Positions 38,209 through 48,499 of a stretch of 64,000 nt of DNA are shown one piece after another. The notes below the pieces were generated by a model. That model was not told the origin of the DNA. It did no database searches and was given only the letters and a program-made list of their open reading frames with translations. Each line of letters opens with the position of its first letter. Positions within the stretch are counted from its first letter, which is position 1. The DNA comes from an uncultured bacterium. Lineage in GTDB: Bacteria; Patescibacteriota; Minisyncoccia; Phycocordibacterales; UBA9973. Where the stretch lies: assembly GCA_903892035.1 (NCBI GenBank), contig CAITGV010000001.1:91624-155623 (forward strand), read 5' to 3'. A program made the translations under genes and the position numbers.

Positions 38209-39414
38209 TTATATTCCACTCGCCATATTGTAAATTGGCACAAGAACAGATACAAGAAGGAGTCCAACCCCAAGACCAAGCACCACAATCATAATAGGCT
38301 CAATAAGACCGACAAGTGTATCAATAGCATTATCAACTTCGCGTTTATAAAACTTAGCTAAAGTTTTTAGAATTGGAGCGATAGACCCAGTCTCTTCTCC
38401 GACTTTTACCATCTGAACCATTATAGAAGGAATTTGCTCTGGATATTTTTCCAAAGATGCTGAAAAGGAGCCCCCGGCTTTCACACTCTCGACGGCGTCG
38501 GTCATAATTTTCTTATAAACCCTATTACCAACAACGTCACCTGTAATTTCAATAGAGCGTACTATAGCGATACCCGAAGAAAGCATCGTATCCATGTTGT
38601 CCGCAATACGAGCAAGATAAATCTTAGTAAACATAGGTCCGACAGCAGGAATTGAGAGCTTGATGCCATCTAGTGCTTCTTTGCCCTTCTCACTACGAAG
38701 CATATACCAAATGTAACCTATTAAAATTATCAAAAACATCAATAAAAATATTCCGTAATTAACAACGAAATTTGAAACTCCTATTACGACTTGTGTATAT
38801 ATCGGAATCGATTGCCCAGAAGATTTAATGATTTCAGACAATCTTGGGATAACTACTGTGAGCATCAAAGTCATAACAGCAAAAAATGTAAAAATAACAA
38901 AAGCTGGATAAACAAGAGCATTTTTTGTTTTTGAATTTATTTCGAATTCGCGGTCTAAATAATCAGCGAGGTAAGAAAAAGTTTGATTTAATTTTCCACT
39001 TTCTTCTCCAGCTTTAACCATATTTATATAAAAATCAGAAAAGACATCTGGGTGTTTCGCAAGTGCGCCAGAAATTGAAAAACCAGCTTGAAGATCGTCG
39101 ACAACTTGAGTAAGTTTTACACGAAGTAGTCTATTGTCAGCATTCGAAGCAAGCATTGAAAATGCTTTTAATGCTGAAACCTGAGCATCAAAAAGAGTAG
39201 ATATTTGGCGAGAAAGAATAACGACGTCTTTTACTGGAACTTTTTCAAAAACAGATTTTTGCAAAAAGGGTTTATTTTCTTGGTCGTGAATTGAAACAAC
39301 AATAAGTCCCCTGCGCTGAAGAGCACCAATGGCAAGGTCTTTGTTTACGGCATCCACTCCGCCTTCTTTTGTGACACCAGTATTGTCTATAGCTTTATAT
39401 TGGTATGTAGGCAT
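38209..39414 (-). CDS. pilC: Type IV pilus platform protein
   Basis: AGEESGKL, YPAF, VGEETG, LIEP; T2SSF repeats. Confidence 0.95.
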   Translation of the reverse strand: MPTYQYKAIDNTGVTKEGGVDAVNKDLAIGALQRRGLIVVSIHDQENKPFLQKSVFEKVPVKDVVILSRQISTLFDAQVSALKAFSMLASNADNRLLRVKLTQVVDDLQAGFSISGALAKHPDVFSDFYINMVKAGEESGKLNQTFSYLADYLDREFEINSKTKNALVYPAFVIFTFFAVMTLMLTVVIPRLSEIIKSSGQSIPIYTQVVIGVSNFVVNYGIFLLMFLIILIGYIWYMLRSEKGKEALDGIKLSIPAVGPMFTKIYLARIADNMDTMLSSGIAIVRSIEITGDVVGNRVYKKIMTDAVESVKAGGSFSASLEKYPEQIPSIMVQMVKVGEETGSIAPILKTLAKFYKREVDNAIDTLVGLIEPIMIVVLGLGVGLLLVSVLVPIYNMASGI

Positions 39415-39415
39415 A

Positions 39416-40477
39416 TTAGACTAGACGCTCAAGCGCTTTTGGATTAAGTGAATAAGCGTAGGCATTTTCAATACTTATTTCTCCTTGACGTACAAGTTCC
39501 AAAAGTGAGCGATTCATATCGATCATCCCCTGTTCAAAACCAGTTTCAATCACAACATCTATCTCGTGAGTTCTTCTTTCGCGAATAAGATTTGCGACAG
39601 CGTTGTTGTTTATCAAAAGTTCGTAAGCAGGAACTAAGCCTCCGGCAATACGAGGAACCAAACGTTGTGAAAAGATTCCAAGCAAAGAATTTGAAAGTTG
39701 TGTGCGAATTTGATCTTGTTGACCTGCTGGAAAAGCGTCAATGATGCGGTCGAGTGTTTGTGAAGCATTGTTTGTATGAAGTGTCGAAAGTACAAGGTGG
39801 CCAGTCTCCGCGGCCGTCACTGCTGTTGCAATAGTTTCTGGTGAGCGCATTTCTCCAACCATTATCACATTTACATCTTCACGAAAAATTGATTTGAGTG
39901 CTGTCTCAAAACTTTTTGTATCAATACCAACTTCGCGCTGGTCGATCATTGCGTGTTTTTGTTCAAATAAATATTCAATAGGATCTTCGATGGTGACGAT
40001 ATGCTCTGGTCGCTCTTCGTTTATCAAATTTACCATTGCTGACATTGTTGTAGATTTTCCTTGCCCCACAGGACCCACAATCAAAAAGAAGCCTTGTTTA
40101 CGTCGAGCAAAATCTGCAAGTATTGGTGGAAGTTTCAATTCCTGTAAAGTTTTAACTTTTGGAATTAAGCGCAAAGCCATACCGACTTCACCTTTTTGAA
40201 AAAAAGCATTACCACGAAGTCGCGCAGTACCCTGGAAATCATAAGAGAAGTCGATTTCCTGATTCACTTTAAAACGCTCGAGTTTTACTTTGTCACCCAA
40301 TAATATTTCAAGCATTACTAATACATCGTCATTTGTAGCCATTTGTCTTTTTACAAGAGCAATAAGCGTACCTGCGACACGGATTGCCGGATATCGCCCT
40401 GCAGAAATATGCAAATCAGAACCACCTTCGCGTATTATTGTTTGAATAAGTTCGTCTAATTCTTTTTTATGATCCAT
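39416..40477 (-). CDS. pilT: Pilus retraction ATPase
   Basis: SDLHI, GPVGQGKST, TIEDPIE, GEMR, AETGHLV.STLHT. Confidence 0.95.
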   Translation of the reverse strand: MDHKKELDELIQTIIREGGSDLHISAGRYPAIRVAGTLIALVKRQMATNDDVLVMLEILLGDKVKLERFKVNQEIDFSYDFQGTARLRGNAFFQKGEVGMALRLIPKVKTLQELKLPPILADFARRKQGFFLIVGPVGQGKSTTMSAMVNLINEERPEHIVTIEDPIEYLFEQKHAMIDQREVGIDTKSFETALKSIFREDVNVIMVGEMRSPETIATAVTAAETGHLVLSTLHTNNASQTLDRIIDAFPAGQQDQIRTQLSNSLLGIFSQRLVPRIAGGLVPAYELLINNNAVANLIRERRTHEIDVVIETGFEQGMIDMNRSLLELVRQGEISIENAYAYSLNPKALERLV

Positions 40478-40481
40478 AGTT

Positions 40482-40871
40482 TTATTTTTTATTTGCTAAC
40501 TCTTTTACTTTTTCTACGGCTTCTGCTGGAGTAGTGTTTACTTTTACTATATAGGCGATTGCACCGAGAGCTTTACCGCGATCTATATCTTGAGCTTGAC
40601 CCAAATTTGAAAGAATAATTTTCATTGTATTTGGAATAAGTTTTTCTTCATTAATTTTTTCAAGCAAAGCAAAACCGTCCATTACTGGCATTACGATATC
40701 AAGAAGCATTATATCTGGCACGAGACCAGCTTTCAATTTGTCTAGCGCAAAAACTGGGCCTTCAGCAGTGACAACATCAAAACCAGATTGACTGAATTTC
40801 AATGCATACATATCAAGCAAAAAACTGTCATCGTCCACAATCAATATTTTTATCTTTTTTTCTTCAGCCAT
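40482..40871 (-). CDS. Single-domain response regulator
   Basis: ILIVDDD, LLDIVMP.MDG, YIVK. Confidence 0.92.
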   Translation of the reverse strand: MAEEKKIKILIVDDDSFLLDMYALKFSQSGFDVVTAEGPVFALDKLKAGLVPDIMLLDIVMPVMDGFALLEKINEEKLIPNTMKIILSNLGQAQDIDRGKALGAIAYIVKVNTTPAEAVEKVKELANKK

Positions 40872-40902
40872 GTTCTTATATTATATACTACACTTATATG
40901 TA

Positions 40903-42639
40903 CTACAAGTTATAAACTTCTTGGAAAGGCACAATGCCTTGCATACTTTTCAAAATAGCGTCTTCTCGCATAGAAAGCATACCTTTATCACGCACAACTT
41001 TGTAAATTTCCATCTCACTCGGAGTTTTTAAAATAACACTTTCTATTTCTTTGTCTATTTTAAACATTTCATAAACTGCCACTCGCCCACGTGTACCAGA
41101 CGGGCATTCGGATGATGGCACTGCTTCGTAGACATTGTCACTTTTTGGTATTTTTGTTTTATATTGTTCTGGTAAATCTGCAAATTGCTTGTCTATCATC
41201 AACTTGTAACTATCTGTAATTGGTACTGGTTTTTTTGAAGTAGGACAAATAACTCGAGTGAGGCGTTGAGCAATTGCCAAAACCAAAGTCGGTGCAATGA
41301 GGTAAGGATCCACCCCCATATCAATAAGACGAGGAATAACTCCTATGGCATTGTTTGTGTGAAGGGTTGAAAGTACAAGATGACCCGTAAGAGCGGCTTG
41401 AATTGCAAGTTGTGCTGTCTCTTTATCACGAATTTCTCCCACCATTATGATGTCTGGATCTTGACGCAAAATTGAACGCAAACCTGAAGCAAAGGTATAA
41501 CCGATTTCAGGCATTACTTGTGACTGATTTACGTCTGGTATGTGATATTCAACTGGGTCTTCCAGAGAAACAATATTTGCTTTTTCTCTATCTAAAGCAT
41601 TTAGCATTGAATAAAGTGTAGTAGTTTTTCCAGAACCCGTAGGTCCAGTAATGAGAATAAGACCAAATGGTTTTGCCAATGCTTCTTTTATCATTGCCAA
41701 ATTTTCAGGAGACATTTCAAGAGCATCCAGCGCCTTCACACCTTTTTCAGAATCCAAAATACGCAAAACTGCTTTTTCACCATAGTATGCAGGCAGAGTA
41801 GAAACACGAAAATCTATTTTTCTATTTTCAATAGTAGCTGAAAACCCACCATCTTGAGGTTTACGTTTTTCATCGAGACGCAATTTTGCTAAAATTTTTA
41901 TTCTAGCAATAACACCATTGTATGCTTGAATCGGCAAAACTAGAGATGTGTGCAATACACCATCAACTCGAAAACGAACTTTGACCTTATCCCCCGTGTT
42001 TTCTATGTGAATATCCGAAGCATTGCCATCGATAGCGTTTCTCAAAATCACAGCAACAATTTTTATTATTGGTGCATCTTCGACAATTTTCTCTTCATCG
42101 GTATCTTTTTTTTCTTCTTTTTTTACGCCTTTATTTTTGGCTTGCTCATTGGCTTCTTTTTCTAAATTTAAATCTGTATCAAACTCAGTCAAAGCATGGT
42201 CAACTTCCCCGGTCATACCTTTATATGTCTCAGCCAAAGTTTTAAAATTGTCTTTTGAAATTATGAAGAATTTAAAAGGTACATTCAATTTGTTTGAAAT
42301 GAATTGTAATGCATCAGTAGCACCAATATTGTCTGGGTCCACTACGCCCACCTCAAGTACACCGTCAGCAAAACCTATCGGTACTATCTGATAATGTAAT
42401 GCAGAATCTTCTGGAATATATTTATACAAATCGTAAGAAACAGATTTTGAATCAACTACACGGAAAGGAATTCCATAATAATCACTTTTCCACTGTAATA
42501 CCGATTTTGGATCAGCTCCAATTTCAATTAAAGCCAAATCAATATCACCACCAAATTTGTTTTCAGCGCGCCGAATAATATCTCCGGCCTGATTCTCTTT
42601 AATAATTCCTTTTGAGACAAGCTGTTCTAAGAAACTCAT
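40903..42639 (-). CDS. pilB: Pilus assembly ATPase
   Basis: ASDIHIE, RFRVDG, GPTGSGKTTT, LRQDPD, TGHLVLSTLHTN. Confidence 0.95.
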   Translation of the reverse strand: MSFLEQLVSKGIIKENQAGDIIRRAENKFGGDIDLALIEIGADPKSVLQWKSDYYGIPFRVVDSKSVSYDLYKYIPEDSALHYQIVPIGFADGVLEVGVVDPDNIGATDALQFISNKLNVPFKFFIISKDNFKTLAETYKGMTGEVDHALTEFDTDLNLEKEANEQAKNKGVKKEEKKDTDEEKIVEDAPIIKIVAVILRNAIDGNASDIHIENTGDKVKVRFRVDGVLHTSLVLPIQAYNGVIARIKILAKLRLDEKRKPQDGGFSATIENRKIDFRVSTLPAYYGEKAVLRILDSEKGVKALDALEMSPENLAMIKEALAKPFGLILITGPTGSGKTTTLYSMLNALDREKANIVSLEDPVEYHIPDVNQSQVMPEIGYTFASGLRSILRQDPDIIMVGEIRDKETAQLAIQAALTGHLVLSTLHTNNAIGVIPRLIDMGVDPYLIAPTLVLAIAQRLTRVICPTSKKPVPITDSYKLMIDKQFADLPEQYKTKIPKSDNVYEAVPSSECPSGTRGRVAVYEMFKIDKEIESVILKTPSEMEIYKVVRDKGMLSMREDAILKSMQGIVPFQEVYNL

Positions 42640-42656
42640 ATTATTTTTGTTTTCGT

Positions 42657-43304
42657 TTAATTTGTTTTAAAAGTTAGCACTTCTCCATAAGTCACCACAT
42701 CTCCAACCTTGATTGCTGCTTTGAAATAATAAGTGGTCAGGCGAGTAAGTCCTGCGGCTGTTTGATGAAATGACCCTGCAACTCCGCCGACTGAAACCTC
42801 TGGAGTTTTTGAACCCATGTCTGTAGTTGTACCATATTCAAACCATCGAGTAGCATTTACATCAGTACTAGTTGTGGAACCATTTAACACTGCATTGAAT
42901 TTGAGTGAGCTTGTGACAGGAAGAGTCGTGACAATACTTGTACTTGAATTCACAACAGGTGCTTGAACAAAACTATCAATAGGCGCAAAAGGATTTGGAC
43001 GACCAGATGGCTCTGGAATAAGAGTAGTCGTATAATCTTGTAAACTTAAAAATGATGCACTATCAAAAACACTTGCATTTAATTTAATATTTTGAATACC
43101 AAGCAATGTATTTAAAAATTCTTGACCTGTAGTAGAACCAGTGCCTGTTTGGTCAGTAGATACAGGATTTACAACTGCGCCCGTCATAGCAGAAGTCAAA
43201 CTCGATGACGAAGAAGTATTACCTTTATTTACAAATATTGAATAACCCACAAATGCTAGGGCTAATATTACTACAAAAATAATGACATTTTTAAATTTTG
43301 ACAT
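42657..43304 (-). CDS. Pilus-associated protein (PilP-position) with FN3-like C-terminus
   Basis: TM helix, GRPNPFAP motif, WFEYGTT..GLT..TTYYF. Confidence 0.7.
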   Translation of the reverse strand: MSKFKNVIIFVVILALAFVGYSIFVNKGNTSSSSSLTSAMTGAVVNPVSTDQTGTGSTTGQEFLNTLLGIQNIKLNASVFDSASFLSLQDYTTTLIPEPSGRPNPFAPIDSFVQAPVVNSSTSIVTTLPVTSSLKFNAVLNGSTTSTDVNATRWFEYGTTTDMGSKTPEVSVGGVAGSFHQTAAGLTRLTTYYFKAAIKVGDVVTYGEVLTFKTN

Positions 43305-43305
43305 A

Positions 43306-43911
43306 TTAATTCTTTAACCAATAAGTATTAATTGTGAAATCGTATTGGTATCCATTTGTGGAAATTCCTGTTGCACTTCCAGATGTACTTTGAGTTGGAC
43401 TTACTGAAGTAAAACCGACTGAATCAATATCTACTATTCTTAAACTTTTTTCTAAGTCACCTACAAAACTCAAGAAATTGTCATAAGTACCTTGTGTAGA
43501 GAAACCAAGAGACATTGTTCCATAGTCTTTGTTTTGTGCAGCTAGGTCAGTAGCAGAAGGTGCAGAAAATGTTTGTGTGGCATCCTTCTTTTGAGTATCG
43601 TCGTACTTAACATTTTTTAATTGCATACCATACTTACGTGCTATTGCATCAATTTCTATAATAAGACGAATGTTGTCTACATTATTTGGAAGAAGTTTGT
43701 TCAATTTATCAATATTTGTCTGCGGAAATGCATTATATTGACCCACAAGCTCATCACGTTTTGCCTGTAGTGCTTTTGCATTTCCAAGAGCTGTATCATA
43801 AGAAGATGCTTGCGCTCGTAGAGCTTGCACATTTTGATAATGCTTGTCGGTAAAGATAAAAAAACCGGCAACAGCAACTAATATCATAAATATTGGTAGA
43901 AATGTTCTCAT
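43306..43911 (-). CDS. pilO: Type IV pilus PilO
   Basis: TM plus coiled coil, GTYDNFLSF..LEKSLRIVD. Confidence 0.85.
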   Translation of the reverse strand: MRTFLPIFMILVAVAGFFIFTDKHYQNVQALRAQASSYDTALGNAKALQAKRDELVGQYNAFPQTNIDKLNKLLPNNVDNIRLIIEIDAIARKYGMQLKNVKYDDTQKKDATQTFSAPSATDLAAQNKDYGTMSLGFSTQGTYDNFLSFVGDLEKSLRIVDIDSVGFTSVSPTQSTSGSATGISTNGYQYDFTINTYWLKN

Positions 43912-44516
43912 TGTGTTGGGTTTTGATTAGCTTTTGTAATATTGCTCGAATATGAAACAAATGATGGGTCAACAGAAAATGTCAGGTCAAAATTTACACT
44001 TCCCTTGTCGTCAAGATTTAAGTTTGAAAAAACAGGATCAATTAAATATTTATTTTGACCAAAATTATCAGCCTGAATTGCAATGGATTGATAACTTGGG
44101 GCCTTTCCACTCATTTTAATTAAAATATTTGATGTACCTTTTGGAATACTGTAGTCGAATTTTGTATATTGAATTGATTTTAGTGTAGTGTCCCCAAGAG
44201 TTTTAAAAATTGGAGTGACAGCGATGTGGTGATTTAAAATATCATTTGCTGAATTTAGTCTTTTATTTAATGCAACAAGGTCATTGATAACTGTTGGTTC
44301 AAAAGCATCTTGGGCTCGTTTTAGACTATCGGCAGAACTAGCAACTTGCTTAGTTAAAAGTATTTCATAAAAATACACACCACCACCTGCAACAATACTC
44401 GCAATAAAAATGATAGTTGCAAGAAAAGAAAATACTCCAACAGAACGGGGTTTTATAATTCGATCTTCAGCAAGTGGTTTTTTAGGTATGAAAGATGTTT
44501 GAAATTGCTGTTCCAT
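43908..44516 (-). CDS. pilN: PilN-like protein
   Basis: TSFIPK, TM helix; located between pilM and pilO. Confidence 0.75.
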   Translation of the reverse strand: MEQQFQTSFIPKKPLAEDRIIKPRSVGVFSFLATIIFIASIVAGGGVYFYEILLTKQVASSADSLKRAQDAFEPTVINDLVALNKRLNSANDILNHHIAVTPIFKTLGDTTLKSIQYTKFDYSIPKGTSNILIKMSGKAPSYQSIAIQADNFGQNKYLIDPVFSNLNLDDKGSVNFDLTFSVDPSFVSYSSNITKANQNPTQ

Positions 44517-44603
44517 AATTTACTTTAAAATTATAGCACAAAAATAGATGTCAATATAGATATACATGTGTATAAATATGAAACTTCAGCACAGAATATT
44601 AGT

Positions 44604-45731
44604 TTAACTTAATTTTCGCAAAGCAAGACCGACAGCGACTGAAAATTCTGGACCAGCACTTTCTAAGGCATGCTCCAAAAATGCTGGGGCTTCAACTTTT
44701 CCAAAAGGATTACCTAATATAACTTCTGAATGAAAATTATCTTGAGCAATTTCTAGAAAACCTTTCAGTAGTGATCCCCCACCAGTCAATATGACTTTAC
44801 TTATTGTGCGATTATATTTTTTCTCATATGCCAAAACGACACTGTTTGTTTCGGAAATAATGTAGTCGACAGAAAGTTTTAAAATTTCTGCAACACTCTT
44901 GTCCGCAGATGCAGTCGTCAAGCCCAATTCCTTTTTCATTTGTTCAGCTTTTGTAAAAGGAATACTTAAAGATTTTGAAAGAGCTGTCGTCATGTCGAAA
45001 CCTCCACGATTTATAATATGAAAAGACCTGACAATGCCGTGCTCGACAATTGAAAGTTTTGTTTTCGATGCACCAAGGTCTAAAAGTAAAACTGGGGAAA
45101 GTTCATGACCAAAAGTCGAACGAATATTTGAAAAAACTTCAATTTCAAAAAAATCTGCAGAAAGATTTGCGCGCTTCACGATATCGCGGTATTTGGAAAT
45201 TGTTTCATTGTGAATTGCTGCAACAAGAATTTCTGTTTTTTGGGCCACAGTCTCTGTCGTAGCTTCTTCTAAAGATTCTTCTTTTTTTGGAATTGCCCAC
45301 CAATCGAGAGAAACTTCAGATATTGGTACTGGAATATATTTTCGAGCTTCTGTAGGAATGATATTTGCAAATTCTTTTTCTGGAACTGCTGCGGGAATGT
45401 CGATAAGGAAAACCAAACTTGCTGAAGATGGAATAGACAAAGCGCAAGACTTCGATGTTATGTCGGATTCTTTTAATACGTCTACAGTTGCAACTCCCAA
45501 TTTTTCTTCTGGAAGATTTGTAACATTGCCCACGTCGAGATCACCATAAGGACCTAGAGAAAGTGCACCGTAAGTTTCAAGTACGGCTTTACCTCCTTTG
45601 CGTTTAAGTTGAACAACCTTTATAGATGAGGCTCCGATATCAATACCAACTACACTTTCCGATGAGCTACTACCACCCATTTTGAGCATTGCCAAACCTT
45701 TTGCCAATATTTCTTTGAACGGATTATCCAT
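44604..45731 (-). CDS. pilM: Type IV pilus PilM
   Basis: GIDIGASSIKVV, DLGAS, LTGGGS, AVGLALR. Confidence 0.93.
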   Translation of the reverse strand: MDNPFKEILAKGLAMLKMGGSSSSESVVGIDIGASSIKVVQLKRKGGKAVLETYGALSLGPYGDLDVGNVTNLPEEKLGVATVDVLKESDITSKSCALSIPSSASLVFLIDIPAAVPEKEFANIIPTEARKYIPVPISEVSLDWWAIPKKEESLEEATTETVAQKTEILVAAIHNETISKYRDIVKRANLSADFFEIEVFSNIRSTFGHELSPVLLLDLGASKTKLSIVEHGIVRSFHIINRGGFDMTTALSKSLSIPFTKAEQMKKELGLTTASADKSVAEILKLSVDYIISETNSVVLAYEKKYNRTISKVILTGGGSLLKGFLEIAQDNFHSEVILGNPFGKVEAPAFLEHALESAGPEFSVAVGLALRKLS

Positions 45732-45753
45732 AATGTATAATACATTATACACT

Positions 45754-46401
45754 ATGATTTTTTTAAAGCATATACTAGATGCTCTATTCCCAAGGTCATG
45801 CATTGGTTGCGATAAAAATGGCAGAACTATTTGTGAAAAGTGCATTGAAAGAGCTCCGAAAGCACGCGACACAGAAAATAGCTTTCTTTCTGTCTTTGAC
45901 TATCGAGATGGTGTGATAAAAAAAGCACTTTGGATGCTTAAATATAAAAACCGCCGTGATGTGGCGGAAGACCTGGGTCGCACAATGGCCGACCATTTTG
46001 CTGAGGACCTCATCGAACTTGCTCAAATGAAAAATTTTGTAAATCCTGTCCTTATCCCTATTCCCCTATCAAAAAAGAAGCTCCGCAAACGCGGATACAA
46101 TCAATCATTATTAATAGCAAAGTCTGTGGCGAAAAATTTACAGAATTTTAATTTAGAAATTATTGAAAATGTTTTAATTAAAACAAAAGATACACCACCT
46201 CAAGCCAAAATAAAAAATCGCAGGGAACGTTTGGAAAATTTGAAAGATTGTTTTGCAATTTCAAATAAAGAAAAAATAGTCGGCCGAAACATTATTCTCG
46301 TCGACGACATCACCACCACCGGCGCAACTCTCCGCGAAGCCACAAAAGTCCTCAAAAATGCCCACGCCAAAAAAATAATTTCAATCACTGCAGCGCATTA
46401 A
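45754..46401 (+). CDS. comF: ComF family competence protein
   Basis: CxxC..CxxC, RGYNQS, LVDDITTTGATL. Confidence 0.93.
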   Translation: MIFLKHILDALFPRSCIGCDKNGRTICEKCIERAPKARDTENSFLSVFDYRDGVIKKALWMLKYKNRRDVAEDLGRTMADHFAEDLIELAQMKNFVNPVLIPIPLSKKKLRKRGYNQSLLIAKSVAKNLQNFNLEIIENVLIKTKDTPPQAKIKNRRERLENLKDCFAISNKEKIVGRNIILVDDITTTGATLREATKVLKNAHAKKIISITAAH

Positions 46402-46422
46402 TAAATCTGCTATTATATTCAT

Positions 46423-47640
46423 ATGTCTAAAAAAAATTCTTGTCCGTATTGTGGACCGAGTCAGATAAATCATTTTATTGCTTGGTTCTCTGCTTGGGTT
46501 GATCATAGCTTCAGTATTTTTTCGAGTAAACCAAATTTTCTTTTAAGTTGGCTCGAACCACTTATTCCAAATAAATTTTATGAAATCGGAAGTTTAGGAA
46601 TAATTAATACACTTACATTTTTGCATTTAGGAACCATAAAAAGAAAGCCAGATGAGCGTGATAGTTACCGAGGGCGAGTCCTTTGGGAAGAAGCAGAAAA
46701 AAGAGGAATAGAAATGTATGAATTTTTACTTTTTGGAACAAGAAAAGATTTTTTTGTAGCGAAATATGGTGGAGTTGTAAGATGTTTCGATGGTTTGCCT
46801 CGCCCTCGCGGAAAAGAATCTGATGCTCTAAACTGGATGGATAATAAAGCAATTTTGCATAAAAAATTGAGCGCACATGGAATTCCTATGGCAAAATTTG
46901 GTGTTGCTTCTACTTGGAGTCAAGCACAAAAAATATTCAAAAATTTAAAAGCTCCTGTAATTTCAAAACCTCACTTGGGTTCCAGAAGTCGCCACACGAC
47001 TACACACATTACTGATGAAATAATTTTGAAAAAAGCATTTTATATTGCAAGGCAACTTTCTCCGTGGGTAATAATTGAAGAGGAACTTTCTGGGATGGTT
47101 TACCGTGGAACTGTAATTGGTGGAAAATTAATTGGTGTAGTCGAGCGCTCTCCTGCATCTGTGACCGGGGACGGCATTCACACGCTTCGCGAACTTGTGG
47201 ATGAAGAAAATAAAAATCCACTTCGCCAAGGACCAATTTTTCACCATATACCAGAAAATTCAGATACAATTGAAGAACTTTCTCGACAAGGAATTGATTG
47301 GAAAACTATTCCAGAAAAAAATAAAATAATTACTCTCGGACAAAAAGCTAGTCGCGGACTCGGAGGTGGAATTACAAATGTCACTCACATAATGCACTCT
47401 GACAATGTCGCAATACTTGAAAATGTCGGCAAAGTTTTAGCTGACCCACTTATTGGAATTGATTTTATAATGGACGACGTCACCCGCTCGTGGAAAGAAG
47501 AACCTCGCTCGGGAGTGATTGAAGTAAATAGTTTACCTTTCATAGATTTGCACCACTACCCACTCGTAGGAAAACCTGAAAATGTTGCTGGTGCTCTTTG
47601 GGATATTGTTTTTCCAGAGTCAGCGAAAGGAAAAATATAA
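46423..47640 (+). CDS. Cyanophycin synthetase/GshAB-like ATP-grasp protein
   Basis: KPHLGSRSR, VTGDGIHT.RELV..EN..P.R, GIDFI, IEVNSLP. Confidence 0.8.
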   Translation: MSKKNSCPYCGPSQINHFIAWFSAWVDHSFSIFSSKPNFLLSWLEPLIPNKFYEIGSLGIINTLTFLHLGTIKRKPDERDSYRGRVLWEEAEKRGIEMYEFLLFGTRKDFFVAKYGGVVRCFDGLPRPRGKESDALNWMDNKAILHKKLSAHGIPMAKFGVASTWSQAQKIFKNLKAPVISKPHLGSRSRHTTTHITDEIILKKAFYIARQLSPWVIIEEELSGMVYRGTVIGGKLIGVVERSPASVTGDGIHTLRELVDEENKNPLRQGPIFHHIPENSDTIEELSRQGIDWKTIPEKNKIITLGQKASRGLGGGITNVTHIMHSDNVAILENVGKVLADPLIGIDFIMDDVTRSWKEEPRSGVIEVNSLPFIDLHHYPLVGKPENVAGALWDIVFPESAKGKI

Positions 47641-47699
47641 GTAAAAAATAGTCTGGGGATTTTTTCCGAGGACTTTTTTTAATTTTATTTTTCCTGTAG

Positions 47700-48179
47700 C
47701 TATTTATTATATGTAATTTCAGAATCTGGTGTCGGCACAGTAGTGTCGGGTTCGAGATGTGAAATATGTTTTCGGGTCACCACATAAGTTCCAAGAAATT
47801 TCAAAAAATCATTTGTTTTTGGTCTCTCCCCTTTTTCAAAAAAGTGTCGGAGCGGTGATGCTTCTGGCGTCAGCTCAAAGTGTCCACGAATCTCTCCATT
47901 TGAAAAAACACGCAAATGATATTGTTCACTAAAGCTCGTGAGCTTTCTCCAAGATAGAACTTGCGATGGATCTTCCCATGCCACAAAATGGTTTCCGAAA
48001 CCCCACTGTTCCGATAAATGTTTTTTTAGTCCTGCAAGTGTGTGGTGAGGATCAAGCCAACCTATATGATATTTCTGCCTTTTATTTGTATGTAAAAAAA
48101 GAAACCAATGTTCCAAATATGGAAATACAGGGTACAACCATCTCCAAATCTTTTGTTCAATCTTTCTGTATAGATTCAT
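47700..48179 (-). CDS. Hypothetical protein
   Basis: 159-aa ORF (QYHLRVF...GHFE.TPE). Confidence 0.75.
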   Translation of the reverse strand: MNLYRKIEQKIWRWLYPVFPYLEHWFLFLHTNKRQKYHIGWLDPHHTLAGLKKHLSEQWGFGNHFVAWEDPSQVLSWRKLTSFSEQYHLRVFSNGEIRGHFELTPEASPLRHFFEKGERPKTNDFLKFLGTYVVTRKHISHLEPDTTVPTPDSEITYNK

Positions 48180-48201
48180 ATATAAAACATATTAACACAA
48201 A

Positions 48202-48414
48202 TCAAAGATTCATCAATTCCTTTAGTGATTCAATAATATAAGTTGGATTTTTTGTTTCTTCGTTTGGAACCTCATCTTTAAACTTTCCTTTCTTTATCCA
48301 TAATTATTTTTCTTTACACCATTCCATAATTTCCAATGCTTCAGGAAATTCCATATTAGTTTCTGGGTCATGCAATGTCCTTCCCCAGTCAAAAATTATT
48401 GCTTTAATATTCAT
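48202..48414 (-). pseudogene. HAD-family hydrolase pseudogene
   Basis: MNIKAIIFDWGRTL...WCKEK-stop, then in frame LWIKKGKF...PTYIIESLKEL-stop; the central part is missing. Confidence 0.75.
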
Positions 48415-48499
48415 CTGCGGGTGGTACTAGACGAAGTTAGAACCTTCATAATGCTTAATTCTAGCACTAAATTCTCAATTGTGAACACTTGGTAGGCAT

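Noticed and set aside
37560-38288. 242-aa pilin as given in the ORF track
   Set aside because: The extension overlaps pilC and intergenic repeats; the prepilin signal indicates a start at 38003.
44604-46401. Apparent overlap of pilM and comF ORFs
   Set aside because: Likely starts (45731 and 45754) are divergent and do not overlap.
47844-47853. Third copy of the 39-nt motif (GTGTCGGAGC)
   Set aside because: Only ~10 nt match inside a CDS, without flanking stems.
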